From the NCBI RefSeq assembly GCF_009914755.1, contig NC_060935.1: 64,000 nt of DNA. One strand, 5' to 3'. The translations under genes were made by a program, and so were the position numbers. A model generated the notes under the pieces. The model did no database searches, was not told where the DNA came from, and worked only from the letters and a program-made list of their open reading frames with translations. Shown here in pieces: positions 14,450-25,905 of the stretch (the stretch's first letter is position 1; every line of letters begins with the position of its first letter). The stretch comes from the human T2T-CHM13v2.0 reference genome, Homo sapiens.

Positions 14450-15215
14450 TCTTTTTTTAAAAAATATTTCGGACTAATTTTGGACCTACACAAAAGTTAC
14501 AGAACTATTACAGCATGTTCTTGTTTTTCTCTATTTATTCTGATGTTAATATCTTATGTAACCATAGTACAATAATCAAGAATGAGATACTATCATTGAT
14601 ACGATATTATTAAAATACAGACCGTTTCCAAAATTCACTAGTTTTTCCAGTAAGGCCTTTTTCTCTTACAGGATTTTATTAAATGTCTCACATTGTATTT
14701 AGTTGTTATTTTGCCTTTATTTCTTCCAATCTATAATAGATTCTTAGTCTTTCATCATCTTTTATAATCTCGACACTTTTGAAAAATATTGGTATTTTAT
14801 GGAATGATTCTCAGTTGGATTTGTCTGATGTTTTCTGAAGTGAAGCTATACTTTTTTTTATCAAAAATAATGGTGTGCCCTTTTCATATTAGGAGGTTCA
14901 TGATATTGTTATATTTTACTAATGGTGATATTAACCTTGATCAGCTGGTTAAATTGGTGTCTTCTGAATTTCTCCACTATAAAGTTACTGTTTGTTTTTG
15001 TTTTGTTTTGTTGTTATTTTTTAAGTTGGTAACTATCATGGAGAGATACTTTGGGATGATGAAAATTCTATTTCTATTCAAACTTTCACCCAAGAATTTT
15101 ACTACCCATTGGTAGAGTTTTCTACAACATTTGTTAGAGATGTTTACCTAATGCTGATTATCTTCCCTTCTTTCCTTTTTTCTGCATTTTTAATAAGAAT
15201 TCTATTGTGAAGAAA
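14450..15215 (-). mobile_element. Old L1 (L1MC-type) 3' UTR fragment
   Basis: aaaagttacagaac...atcttatgtaaccatagtacaataatcaa...ggtgatattaaccttgatca...tttctccactataaagttact. Confidence 0.75.
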
Positions 15216-15488
15216 AGCTGAGTAGGACAATAATGTTATCTTATAAAATAATAACATCTTATAGACAAATAACACATCAGAGGCTGAATTGGAAGTGGTG
15301 ATTGTGGAGGTGTGTACTTTAGTGACCAACTTTGGAGCAAAGGAAGAGAAAAAGCAAGGCATTAGGAAGGCTTTTGCTCTATGTAGCTGAGGCTGTGGGA
15401 AACTCAAACAGAGATTCAGGAAAAGGGACAAGTCTGGGGAAGTATACCCTGATCTTTAAGAGGCAGATGCATTCAAAGCTCTAAACTC

Positions 15489-15809
15489 TTTTTTTTTTTT
15501 TTTTTTTTTTGATACAGAATTTCACACTGTTGCCCAGGCTGAAGTGTAATGGCGCGATCTCAGTTCACCGCAACCTCCACCTCCCAGGTTCAAGTGATTC
15601 ACCTTGCCTCAGCCTCCCATGTGGCTGGGATTACAGGCACCCGCCACCACACCTGGCTAATTTTTTTATATTGTATTTTGTATTTTTTTTTAGTAGAGAC
15701 GGGGTTTCACCATATTGGCCAGGCTGGTCTTGAACTCCTAACTTCGTGATCCACCTGCCTCGGCCTCCCAAAGTGCTGGGATTACAGGTGTGAGCCACCA
15801 CACCCAGCC
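15489..15809 (-). mobile_element. AluS
   Basis: Full dimer in reverse orientation with 22-nt poly(T). Confidence 0.95.
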
Positions 15810-15974
15810 CTGGTTTTTTTTTTCATAAATGTTTTTACCAATGAAAAAAGGAGATTAAAATATCTGTTGATGTTATCTTGAGAAGCAGAACAAAGAAAGA
15901 ACAGATTAGTGAATTGTCTCAAGTGTAGAATCCATATAAACATGCAGTATTGTACTATTTGTCAGTTTCAACCT

Positions 15975-16370
15975 GCAGACTGCCCATAGTGTACAGGATA
16001 AAATAGAAATACATGCAGGCAGGACCCTTCTGATCTGACTCTTGCCCACCCTTGCAGCCTCATCTCTTGTCACGCTTTGCCATTTTAGATCCCATGTTTA
16101 AAGCCATATCAAACAACTGACAGTCCCCTCGATATGTTGTGACTTTTCACACTTCATGACTTCACAAAATTTGTCTTTTGGGTCCATCTCTTCCCATCCT
16201 CCCACCAACCTAACCACATCCTCTGGCTGACTCCTACACCTTCTTTGAGATCCAAAGCATATGTGTCCTCCAAAGCTCTCCTGAAACCCTCAGGCAACCA
16301 TGAATGGAACATGTATGTACTTCTGTTATTGTATTAAATACTCTGCATTACAATCATCAGTTCATATTTC
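15975..16370 (+). mobile_element. L2 fragment
   Basis: tgatctgactcttgccc...cagcctcatctctt...ctggctgactcctacaccttctt. Confidence 0.6.
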
Positions 16371-16419
16371 ATATAATTTAATGTCAATATTAAAAATGGC
16401 TTAGGTGTAATACCAATTA

Positions 16420-16625
16420 GTTGCTAATTATATGCCAGCATTTTACCTGTGTTATTTCTGTCTCCTATGAGGTGGTTACTATTGATTTTACTCACTTTAT
16501 AAAGCAGAAAACAAGCTTAGAAATAAGAGGGAACTCGCCTGGGGTTACCCAGGTGGCAAGTGGTGTCCCAGGCATCTGGGTAGACAGGCCCAATATCAAA
16601 CCACTATACTCTCTTACTCCTCTCT
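16420..16625 (-). mobile_element. MIR SINE
   Basis: cctatgaggtggttactatt...cagaaaacaagcttagaa...aactcgcctggggttacccag. Confidence 0.65.
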
Positions 16626-16982
16626 CTGACTCTTAAACTTCTGAAGGCACAGATAGTTTTTTGTTTTGTTTTCTGTCTTGATCCTCAGTTCACTGCATGA
16701 AGTGAGGAGCTGACAAGTAATAAAAGAGACTGGCATTTCTGGTTTGGCCTTTAGGGAGCTGAGTATGGGAGCAGGCACTTGGCCTTGCCATCTACCCTTA
16801 CTACACAACCCCCTGCTTCTCACCAGTGTCTCAAGCCACCATAAAACCCTGTGTAAGAAAAGATGCAGGGAATATGTGTTTAGAGTCCCTCAGTTCACTT
16901 TCTCCACATACTGTCTTCAGGTCCATCCTGCCTGGCTTTATTTTGTGCACACAGCTGAGCAGGCCACATGTGTGGAAAAGGC

Positions 16983-17104
16983 TTATGATTGGAGTGAGCG
17001 AGGTGTCAGAACAAGATGAGCTTTGTGATCGCTCAGCTCTAGGGAGCGATTGTTGTTTTCAAGCCTTCACCCTCCCTCACACTTCGCACTCACTTTAATT
17101 GTGA
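16983..17104 (+). other. Candidate structured RNA element (long stem-loop) in unique sequence
   Basis: Hand-paired 24-bp outer stem with a 2-nt bulge and 6 G-U pairs, plus a 10-bp inner hairpin; no family recognised. Confidence 0.4.
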
Positions 17105-17888
17105 CCAATTTGGAAGTGCTATTTGCATCTGCTGGAATAAAATACGTACAGCTGTGGAAATAACAAAAAATGAAAACTCACTCTGAGTGGAGGTCGGGGG
17201 GGACCTTCATCAATTGCTACTGAGTACTTAAAATGAAAATGTTGCCTTTCCTAACAAACAGCACTGAGATTTTTCGGAGTGCAATTTTCTCTGCTCGTGC
17301 ATATGTATGCAATAGATATCTTCAGATATACTTCTCCCCACGCTTTGGTTGGGGTTACAAACGCAGAAGTGGGCCTTCAAGACAGCCTTTTATTAGACCT
17401 AAAACCAGTGGGCTAAGTAGCACATCTTAAGTCATCATAAGATATAATTATTACTGAATTGAAAAGACACAAAACACCAAAAAAATTCTTAGAGTTGAGG
17501 ATCAACCTAAATATTACTTCTTACTTCTCCTAATCCCCATTGTGCCAGATCAGTGCTTTGTATCTGGTAGATATTCAAGCACTATTTCCTGAGTCAATCG
17601 TAGGACACTCCAAACAATAAAATGTGAGAAGTCAGAAGGAAAGGGGAGGAAAAGGCACAGGACATGTATTCAGCCTCTACTACCTGCTGGATAATGTGCT
17701 TAAACCTCACAAAAACCTAAAGTGACTTTTTATTTTCATGTTATCAATAACGAGAACTCAAACTTAAAGAAACTAGTCTGTAAAGTTTTTAGAATTTTCA
17801 CTCCTTGTTAAATCAAGGTAAGAAAACAGACTACATCCCACCACCCCTCTTCCCATGTGGGTCACATGGAAGCTGCCTCAAGTTGTCA

Positions 17889-18115
17889 TTAAGGATGCTA
17901 GAGTTGGACCACCTGGGCCTGAATTCTGATTCCACCATTTGCTAGCCACATAGCTCTGGGCAAGATAAGTAAATTCTCTGGGCCTCAGTTTCCCCATGTG
18001 AAAAACTGGATTGATAATAATATCCATTTCATAGGGCTTTTGTGAGAACAAAATGAAATAACAATAAAGTCTTTAGAATAGTGTCTGGACATAGGCAGTA
18101 CTTAATAACAGTACT
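17889..18115 (+). mobile_element. MIR SINE
   Basis: tgggcaagataagtaaattctctgggcctcagtttcccc...tcatagggcttttgtgag...tagaatagtgtctggacatag. Confidence 0.85.
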
Positions 18116-19219
18116 AACTGCCATAGTTTGGCAAAAAAAAAAAAGACACTTAAGATTGGAATTTGTGTCTGATCCACATTAAATTCCTCTTTTCCCCACT
18201 TCATCAAGTAGCTTTCCTGAAAATTGAACCTTTAGGTATTCAGGTATTCACACTATCTTAAATTTTCTGTCGTTCTTTCCTTCCCTCCATCCTTCCTATC
18301 TCTTTTTTTTTTCTTTCCCTCCCTCCCAAACACATGGAATGGATAGGTACTCTTCTATGTACATACTGAGTTAGTTTCATTTTCAGAAACATTTTTAGAA
18401 ACCAGTGCTCCCTCCTGATTCCAGTACTTTGCAAACACTGCTGCTTCTGACTTAGTCTTCCTGCATCACAGGCCCAAATTTTTGGGTCACCTATCTTCCT
18501 CCTGCATTCATCTTAGACTCAATGTCGCTTTTTCCAGGAAGCCTTGCTTGTCGCTACTGTTACCAATATCAACTCATTCCACTCTCACATCTTTCAAGAC
18601 TTGAATGATTTGTGCTCCCTTGACCTTGATGGTTTTGAGTATTAGTTTTTCAATGGGCTTGTTTAGCATGTCTAGTCCTGCTTGGTAGAGGCCTCAGCTT
18701 GTTCTTTTTCATTTCTCCGAATTTTCTTGCTTGCCTCTAGGAAAGACCTGCATTCCATTTTGTTTCAATGACAGACCCTCAAAATTCAACTACAGATGTT
18801 AGATTCTACCGTGACTTGAATCCATCAACACCAATAAAGATAAACTCTTCAAAAATATCAAGTAAAGGGTATAAACAGACAAATCTACAAAAGGGTCCCA
18901 TTTGTCTCTCCCTTGACCTTTAGGTGGATTACTTGAACGGTTTTCTGTTCTATGTGTCTGTGTGAGGGTAGGTATTACATACATATTTTTCACCCTTGTA
19001 TTCCCCAGCTTGGAGGTCAATGCCTACTATTAGGTTGTAATTAATAAGTATTTGCTAAATAAATTTAGTAAGTTAAATAAGAATTAGTAATAAATGAATA
19101 AAGTTATTTTCCTCCTTCCAGTCTTGCTTTTTTTCTAATTTATTGTTTCTAATGTCTGCTGAAATGATCTCTCAAACTTATACTACATTTTCTTTCAAAA
19201 ATTTCATTTCTTTTTCAAG

Positions 19220-19620
19220 ACCTTCAAGGTGAAGTCACGGCATCCAGCCAACTAGGATCATCATGATCTGTCCCTTGAATCAATTTTTTTATCTTTGTTC
19301 AGTTCTTCAAACATTATGCTCCAGCTATAATGAAATATTTTCATTTTTAGGAGTGTTTTCAGAAATTAACGCTTTCTTCTCACTCTGGTACTTTACAAAT
19401 GCTCCTACTTCTAACTTAGTCATACTGCTACCATATGCCAAAATTTGTCTGGATATAACTTCATCCTTTAGGTCTTGGCCTAGGTGTTACCTCCTCCAAG
19501 AAAGCTTGTTGACTTTCCCAAAAACTTGTTGAAGTGCTTCTCCAGTGGTTTTCATAGACTGTATTATAAAGGCATCTTTGAGTATTTGTCTCTCTGACTT
19601 AATAGATAAATAAACAAATA
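19220..19620 (+). mobile_element. L2 fragment
   Basis: actcatcctttaggtcttggcctaggtgttacctcctccaagaaagctt. Confidence 0.55.
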
Positions 19621-19874
19621 CAATTGATTATACTTCATTTATTCCTTTCTTTAGAAAATTGTCTATTGGATTATTGTTTTGTGACTACATTTATTCTCTT
19701 CTACTAACCTAAATGTTTAACGAGGACAGGATTTTTATCTTTTTAACCCTCTCATGACTAATGAGTCATTATTTAATTAGTCATAATTTCATAGTTGTAG
19801 TGTAATAAATATCTCAGTGTTTTTAATGTACGGAAAGGATGGCTCTTAGTAGTGTGTCAAACAAGTAGAATGAT

Positions 19875-20600
19875 TCTTCATTCAGTCTTTATCCAGGGAC
19901 TGTTGTATGCCAAGCACTGTGCTAGGTGAGAACAATATAATAGGTCAACAAGTACTCTATCCCGCAGGATACTACATTCTAGTGAAGGAGACACACTAGT
20001 CAATACACATAGCACGTTATAATTAAAAGTTGTGATTGGAGCTATAAAATAAAATCATCAATTTGGAGAATCAGAAGACAGAAGCAGAGGCTATAAGGAG
20101 AGTAGTTAGTTGAAAGGCTAGTGCTGAAGTCCAGGTGAGAGTGGGAAACAATTGACATAGCCTCTGTTAGTAAAAATGAAATGAAGTGGAAGGACTCAAG
20201 TGGTGGTTCATAGGGAAATTATTTGGATTTGGTTATAGATTGCATGTGAGGTGGTAAAGCTAAAGGGATCATCAGCACTGACTCCTAGGTTTCTGGATTG
20301 TCTGGTTGCAGGGATGGGTGACCCTTTCACTGGGCTAGACAGCAATGAAGGAGAGCCAAGTTTTTTAGGAAAAATGATGAGCTCGTGTTTGAACATTTTG
20401 AGCCTGAGATTTCTCTGATGAATCCAAAGACTAAAACAAGGTGATTGGATTTATAAGACTAAATGTGAGAAGAGAAAACACTAGGTTTCATATACACATT
20501 TGAGAATTGTTGGCATATAGATGATAACTGAAGCTATTGTCTGAATAAAATCGTGAAGGAAAAGAGCAGAGGGAAGACAAAGGAGCTTAAAAATGAGATC
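19875..20600 (-). mobile_element. L2 3' region
   Basis: tatgccaagcactgtgctaggtg...cattctagtgaaggagac...actcctaggtttctgg...catttgagaattgttggcatatagatgataactgaagc. Confidence 0.75.
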
Positions 20601-20624
20601 AACGGAGTAATAGCTGCTTAAGAC

Positions 20625-21395
20625 AAAACCCTTAGGGATCATCTCTGATTTCTCCATCAGGAAGTCCTGTCTGTTCTAACTCTAAAACATGCTGACTAGC
20701 ATTACTTCTCACCATTTTCTCATCTGCCTTCATCATCTAATTGATCTCTCCGCTTCCATGAAGTCATCAGTAGTTCATTCCTTACAAAGAAGCCAGAATC
20801 ATTTTTTTAAAAACATAGATCTGATCAAGTCATTTTCCTTTTGAAATTTTTCAGTTGCTTCCCAATCCCTTAGCCTGAATGTAAACTTCTAACCATGGCC
20901 TTCAAGACTTACTTGATTTGCCTCCGTGATATTTCATATTGATCTCATCCTTATCCACAATAGTCCAGTGATACTGGCCTCCTTGGTTTAAGTCAAATAC
21001 AACAACTTGTATTTTCTAATTCCATTTTCCAAATTCCCATTCGCCATTCTCTCTGCTGGAAATTTTCTTCCCCCATCCTCTCATTGGACGGCTTCTTTTG
21101 GTGTCTGCTCAAATGTCACCTGAGAGAGGCTTTTTATTGACCCTTCATCTAAAATAGCAACACACACCCTTCAGTCAATTTATCCCCTTTAGTTTCTGCA
21201 TAGCGTTTTATTTTACTCTCAATAATTACATTAACTTTTACAATTCTTTATCATAGTTTGTGTCCTCCACTAGACTGTAAGCAAATGAGAATATGTGCTC
21301 ATTGCAACTGCCTCATTCTTTATTGTTTCCCTAGCTTCAAAAACAGTGGCTGGAGTAAATTATCTTTCAAAAGTGAATGCCTGAAGGAGTGAATA
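20625..21395 (+). mobile_element. L2 3' region
   Basis: agccagaatc...gatctgatcaagtc...tgctcaaatgtcacc...ccactagactgtaagc...gagtgaata. Confidence 0.8.
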
Positions 21396-21771
21396 AGGGC
21401 CAAAACAGAGGGAATTCAGAGGACTAGGATTATTCCTAAATTCACCACTGTTCCTCTGAGTGATGCTAAGGGTGTCACTCCATCCTCTTGAGATTTCATT
21501 TTCTTATCTCCAAAATAAAGGGCCAACTTGTTTAACCTCTGAATTTGTGAGTGCCATTTTCTCAGTACTCAATATCCAAATTGCCTTCGTTCATTTGAAG
21601 AGAAGGCTAAAAAGCCGAAGAGCCATTGGATGGTGTATAAAATGGCAGATGCTTTTCATCACTGCTTATCCCTTTGTTATAAATAGTAAATAATATGGCT
21701 CTTAAGTGAGGCCAGATCCCACCTGCTGTGAACCACTCACCTATCTCTTCTGCTCTTTAAAGTACATTTAT

Positions 21772-22331
21772 GCCACCATTACAGTCCTAGATCATTTTTT
21801 ATATGGCTCTGTATTGCTCATACAGTTGAGTTTGGTGCTTTTGTATATTTTATGTCATTGATTAGTGGCCTTTTGTTTCAGCTTAAATAATTCCTTTTAG
21901 CAAGTCCTGTAAAGTAGGCCTAGTGGAAATGAACTCCCTTAGCTTTTGTTTGTCACTTACATGTGAAATCAAAAACAAACTCATAGATGCAGAGAGTAGA
22001 AGAGTGGCAACCAGAGGTTGGAGATTGCAGGGAATGGGGACATGTTGGTCAACAGGTAAAAAAAATCTCAGACAGAAGAAATATATATATTTTTTCTGAG
22101 ATCTATTGCAGAGTATAGTGAATATAGTCAATAACACTGTATTGTACATTTCAAAATTTCTAAGAGTAAATTTCAGTGTTCTCACCACAAAAAGTGATAA
22201 ATATTTGAGGTGCTAGATATGTTAATTAGCTTGATTTAATTATCTCACATTGTAGTCATAAATCATAACATCACTTGTACTGCATAAACATATACAATGA
22301 TAATTTATCAATTTATAACCAAATTCTTTTA
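21772..22331. mobile_element. 5'-inverted L1MA insertion: ORF1 C-terminus on minus (21772-21954) fused to L1MA 3' UTR on plus (21953-22331)
   Basis: Minus ORF ends DKQKLREFISTRPTLQDLLKGII (L1 ORF1 C-terminal motif); plus part is L1MA 3' end (tgttctcaccacaaaaa...gatatgttaattagcttgatttaat); 13-bp TSD aaagtacatttat at 21759-21771 and 22332-22344. Confidence 0.85.
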
Positions 22332-22414
22332 AAAGTACATTTATTTTCAGGATTATAAATATTTCCTCCTCTTTCTCCATCATCAACATCATCATCATTA
22401 CCATCATCATCACA

Positions 22415-22655
22415 GGAACTAATATTCAGTGAAGGCTTCTTACATGCCAACCACCCTACTTAATGTTTTATAAATGTAATAGAATATTATCCTTTTCTGA
22501 AATCCATGGAAAAATTCATACACCACATTTCATGAGAGATTCCTGAAGCTTAGAAAGTTTTAGTGACTTGCCTAATGTCACATAGCAAGTGTGTAGTGAA
22601 GTAAGTATTCAAACCCAGATCTGCCTGAATCTGAAACCTTTGCTCTTAATCAGTA
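22415..22655 (-). mobile_element. MIR SINE, preceded by a degenerate (CAT)n at 22378-22412
   Basis: tagtgacttgcctaatgtcacatagcaagt...attcaaacccagatctgcctga. Confidence 0.75.
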
Positions 22656-23544
22656 TTCATATTGCCTTTGCTTCAAGACATTGGAAATTTCAGAGTAGAA
22701 ATAATAAAAAAAGAAACCTGAAAATATGCTTCTTGTGTAGCCTTCTTTACAACAAAGAGACAAGCTCAGATCGATGCTAAAATAATTAAATATTTTACTT
22801 TTGTTACTTATGCTGTTTGCCATCATGACCTTTGTTAGTGAGGAGCTCATGAAGGTAAACAGTATATGCTGTTAACAGTTCCATTAGCTCCTATTAAGAA
22901 TGTCTAAATAATGCATCTAAATAACCCATCATTTTAGAAAGGCCCGTAAGAGCTAAGCAACAGACTAAATCTTTCAGAATAATCAGAACATGAAATTATT
23001 TTTAATCACCAAAATGGTCCTATTAATTTTCTGAAAGATTTTTTTTATAATGCATAATTAAATAAACCACAATTTTTTCCTGATGCCTATATCATCATTT
23101 TTTCACATTATGACTATCAGAATGAATGTTTGCTAAGAGTGAATAGGAGTAAAAGATAATAATTTCCAATAGAAATGATAACTGAGTACTTGTACAACAG
23201 AATTGTTTGTTTAAACCACAGGACTAGTGTTGTATCCCAGGGATTCCAATCCTGCCATTTCATTCTGCATTTGTTCCCAAAACAATAATTAAGGATACAC
23301 ATTCAACTACATGGAAGAACGAAGGAAATGTGAGTGCTTTCACATATCAGAAATCTAAACATAATTCACTACGAGTCTCAACATTCTCTAAAGAAACCAT
23401 GATTTCTTATAACTACAAGACTTTGAGCCTCGTGTTTCTCTGGACTGAGTTGGTTTGGTGGAGATCTTTGAAGAAAGGTTTCTCTACTTGACAAATTCCT
23501 ACTCTCCAGTGAAAACTAAATAGATATTTTCCAATTATCTCTTT

Positions 23545-23680
23545 TTATATTTTAATATTACTATTTAGAGATGGGATCCACTATGTTACTCAGGCTGACT
23601 TCAAACTCCTGAGCTAAAACGCCTTCCACCTCAGGCTCTTGAGTAGCTGGGACCATAGGCTTGTGCCACAGTGCCAGGCT
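23545..23680 (-). mobile_element. FLAM/FAM monomeric Alu-family fossil
   Basis: Single Alu arm: tagagatggg...cactatgttactcaggctg...gagtagctgggaccataggc. Confidence 0.8.
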
Positions 23681-24084
23681 TCATAGAGTATGTTTATTAA
23701 ATGAACACATGACAATGAGGAAGAGGGATGCTTTTACCCGAATCATATGAACTGCAGGAAAAAAGTCTTCAATAATGGGAATCTCTGAGGAATTACAAAC
23801 ATGCCCATAAAGGAAAGCAACACTTGTGAATCTCTGCAAGTCTTAAGGGTGCACCACCAATGTAAGAAATCATGAGTCGAAGTAAAACTCCTCTCTATCA
23901 CCTTTGCTAGTCAGAAACTGGCTGACAAGTTGGGGTGGTGAAATAGGAAAGCCAGCCATGTCTTCAACCATAACTTCAGGCTTCTTCCGCCTCAAGTAAA
24001 TTTAAGATGAAATTTAATGCTTAAGTGTGAGTTTAGTTAAAAATCTTGAACTGGACTTATTGACACTGTGTTTTTAATTTAAAG

Positions 24085-24129
24085 TAACTTTATGACTTTC
24101 TAACTTTATGACTTTTTAACTTTCTGACT
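24085..24129 (+). repeat. 16-bp tandem repeat, ~2.8 copies
   Basis: taactttatgactttc / taactttatgactttt / taactttctgact. Confidence 0.9.
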
Positions 24130-24221
24130 GTGAGCAGAAGAGTCATGGGACCTGCTGAGCTTTTAACTAGCAGTGGGAGAACAGATAAGCTCTTCCAAGT
24201 AACTTTCATAGTAATGGTGGA

Positions 24222-24630
24222 TATCTTAGCTCAGGCTGTTATAACAAAATACCATAGACTGGGTGGCTTAAACGACATTTATTTCTAACATCTCTGAAGT
24301 CTAGGAAGTCCAAGATGAAGGTGCTGACGGATGTGACTCCTGGAGAAAGCCCACTTCCTGGTTTGTAGACAGCCGTGGTCTTGCTGAGACCTCTCATGGC
24401 TTGTCCTCAGTGCCAAGTGTGTGGGAAGAGAGAGATCTGTCTTCCTCTTCTTATATAGGCACTAATCCCATCATGAGGGCCTGCACCCTCATGACCACAC
24501 CTAAACCCAACTATCTCCCAAAGACCCTGCCTCCAAATTCTGTTCTCTTAGGCTCTGCAGTGTCCTGGATCTGGAATTATGCTACAAATATATGGAGGAA
24601 AAAAAAGGGCAATTGTGTGGAGTCATAGCA
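24222..24630 (-). mobile_element. MLT1A-type MaLR solo LTR
   Basis: ataacaaaataccatagactgggtggcttaaac...gaagtccaagatgaaggtgctg...cactaatcccatcatgagggc...catagca. Confidence 0.85.
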
Positions 24631-24746
24631 TGTAAGAGCCAGGAGGAACCTTAGAGCTAGTCTCATGCAGATTCTGTAAAACAGTTATTGAGGCCTGGTG
24701 AATTTACATAGGTGAATGGCTTAAAAACCAACAAAAGAGGAGAATG

Positions 24747-24830
24747 ACAAAGGCAGGTGTAGCACAAAAAATAACATAATTACTGAGTACAAAGGCAGGC
24801 GTAGCTCAAAAAATAACATAATTACTGAGT
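24747..24830 (+). repeat. 42-bp tandem duplication
   Basis: acaaaggcaggtgtagcacaaaaaataacataattactgagt repeated, 2 mismatches. Confidence 0.95.
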
Positions 24831-25010
24831 TCTTACTGTTTGTCAGACACTGAGTATTTCATTTAATCCTTAAATAAACTCTATTAAACAAGTATATTTC
24901 CTCATTCTTCAGGTAAGGATATTGACACACAGAAGGGAGGTCAAGCAACTTTCTCAAGTTAACACAGCAAGTAAGTGGAAGAACTGGGCTGTGAATCTAC
25001 ATCTACTTAA
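24831..25010 (-). mobile_element. MIR SINE
   Basis: tatttcatttaatcct...gtcaagcaactttctcaagttaacacagcaagtaagtggaagaactggg. Confidence 0.75.
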
Positions 25011-25554
25011 CTAGTCTCTGGTTCCTCCAACTTCCAGATGTGGCCTGGGCCTCATTACCTGGAAGATCAGCTACTCTTTCTTCCTCAGGTGACTCACCCA
25101 AGACCATTGCATTGTAATTAATTATAACAGTTCATAAGTGTTTATAGATGTAAAGAATAAAGCACATTTTTAGCTTATTTTTATATTAAAAATAACTCCA
25201 TAGATTATAAAAAGAGATAACAGTAATAATAATGTCATCATCATGATTTTTCTTATGAAAGACATTTTTTTGTTCTGAGTAAATGAGACAACTTAAAGTA
25301 ACAGAGGTCACGAGTGACCCAAAGTCACACATCTATTATTTAGCACACTGTAATCTTATTTAATGTATCCATTCAATAAGCATTTGTTATGAACCCACTA
25401 TTTTCAAAAAAATATATGAGATGACTTGGAGATACAAAATAAGATATAAAATTAAAATAAATCAGGAAATAAAAGCAAAATAAAATAAAGAAGAACCAGG
25501 ATAAAAATTAGTAACCAACATACATTCATTACATTGTAAATAATTTCTAGTGGA

Positions 25555-25905
25555 GATTGGAAGAAAAGGTTAACACAGAAGGCCTGACACAGCATCCTTA
25601 GAAACACCTCCAAAGTTGACCTTAAGCTGGGTTCTAGGAACTTAGACTTCTGGAGGGTTTCCAAACTAAGAGTAGTTTACTACACCTAAATTACTTGTAC
25701 AGACAAGGTGGCTTATGCTGAATACTTCCTTTCCTTTTGGGCATCTGGAATTTGGGTGCATGCTAGGCAGTGAGTGCCTACATGACCAGCCCCCAATCAT
25801 AACCTTGGGGCACTGAATCTCTAATGAGCTTCCCTGATCAGTATTTTATATTTGTCACAACTCATGGCTGGAGAAATTAAGTATGTCTTGTATGATTCCA
25901 CTGGT
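25555..25905 (+). mobile_element. MER68-like ERVL LTR, 3'-truncated
   Basis: gttaacacagaaggcctgac...atccttagaaa...tgctaggcag...gtgcctacatgaccagccccca...ggcactgaatctctaatgagcttccctg. Confidence 0.8.
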
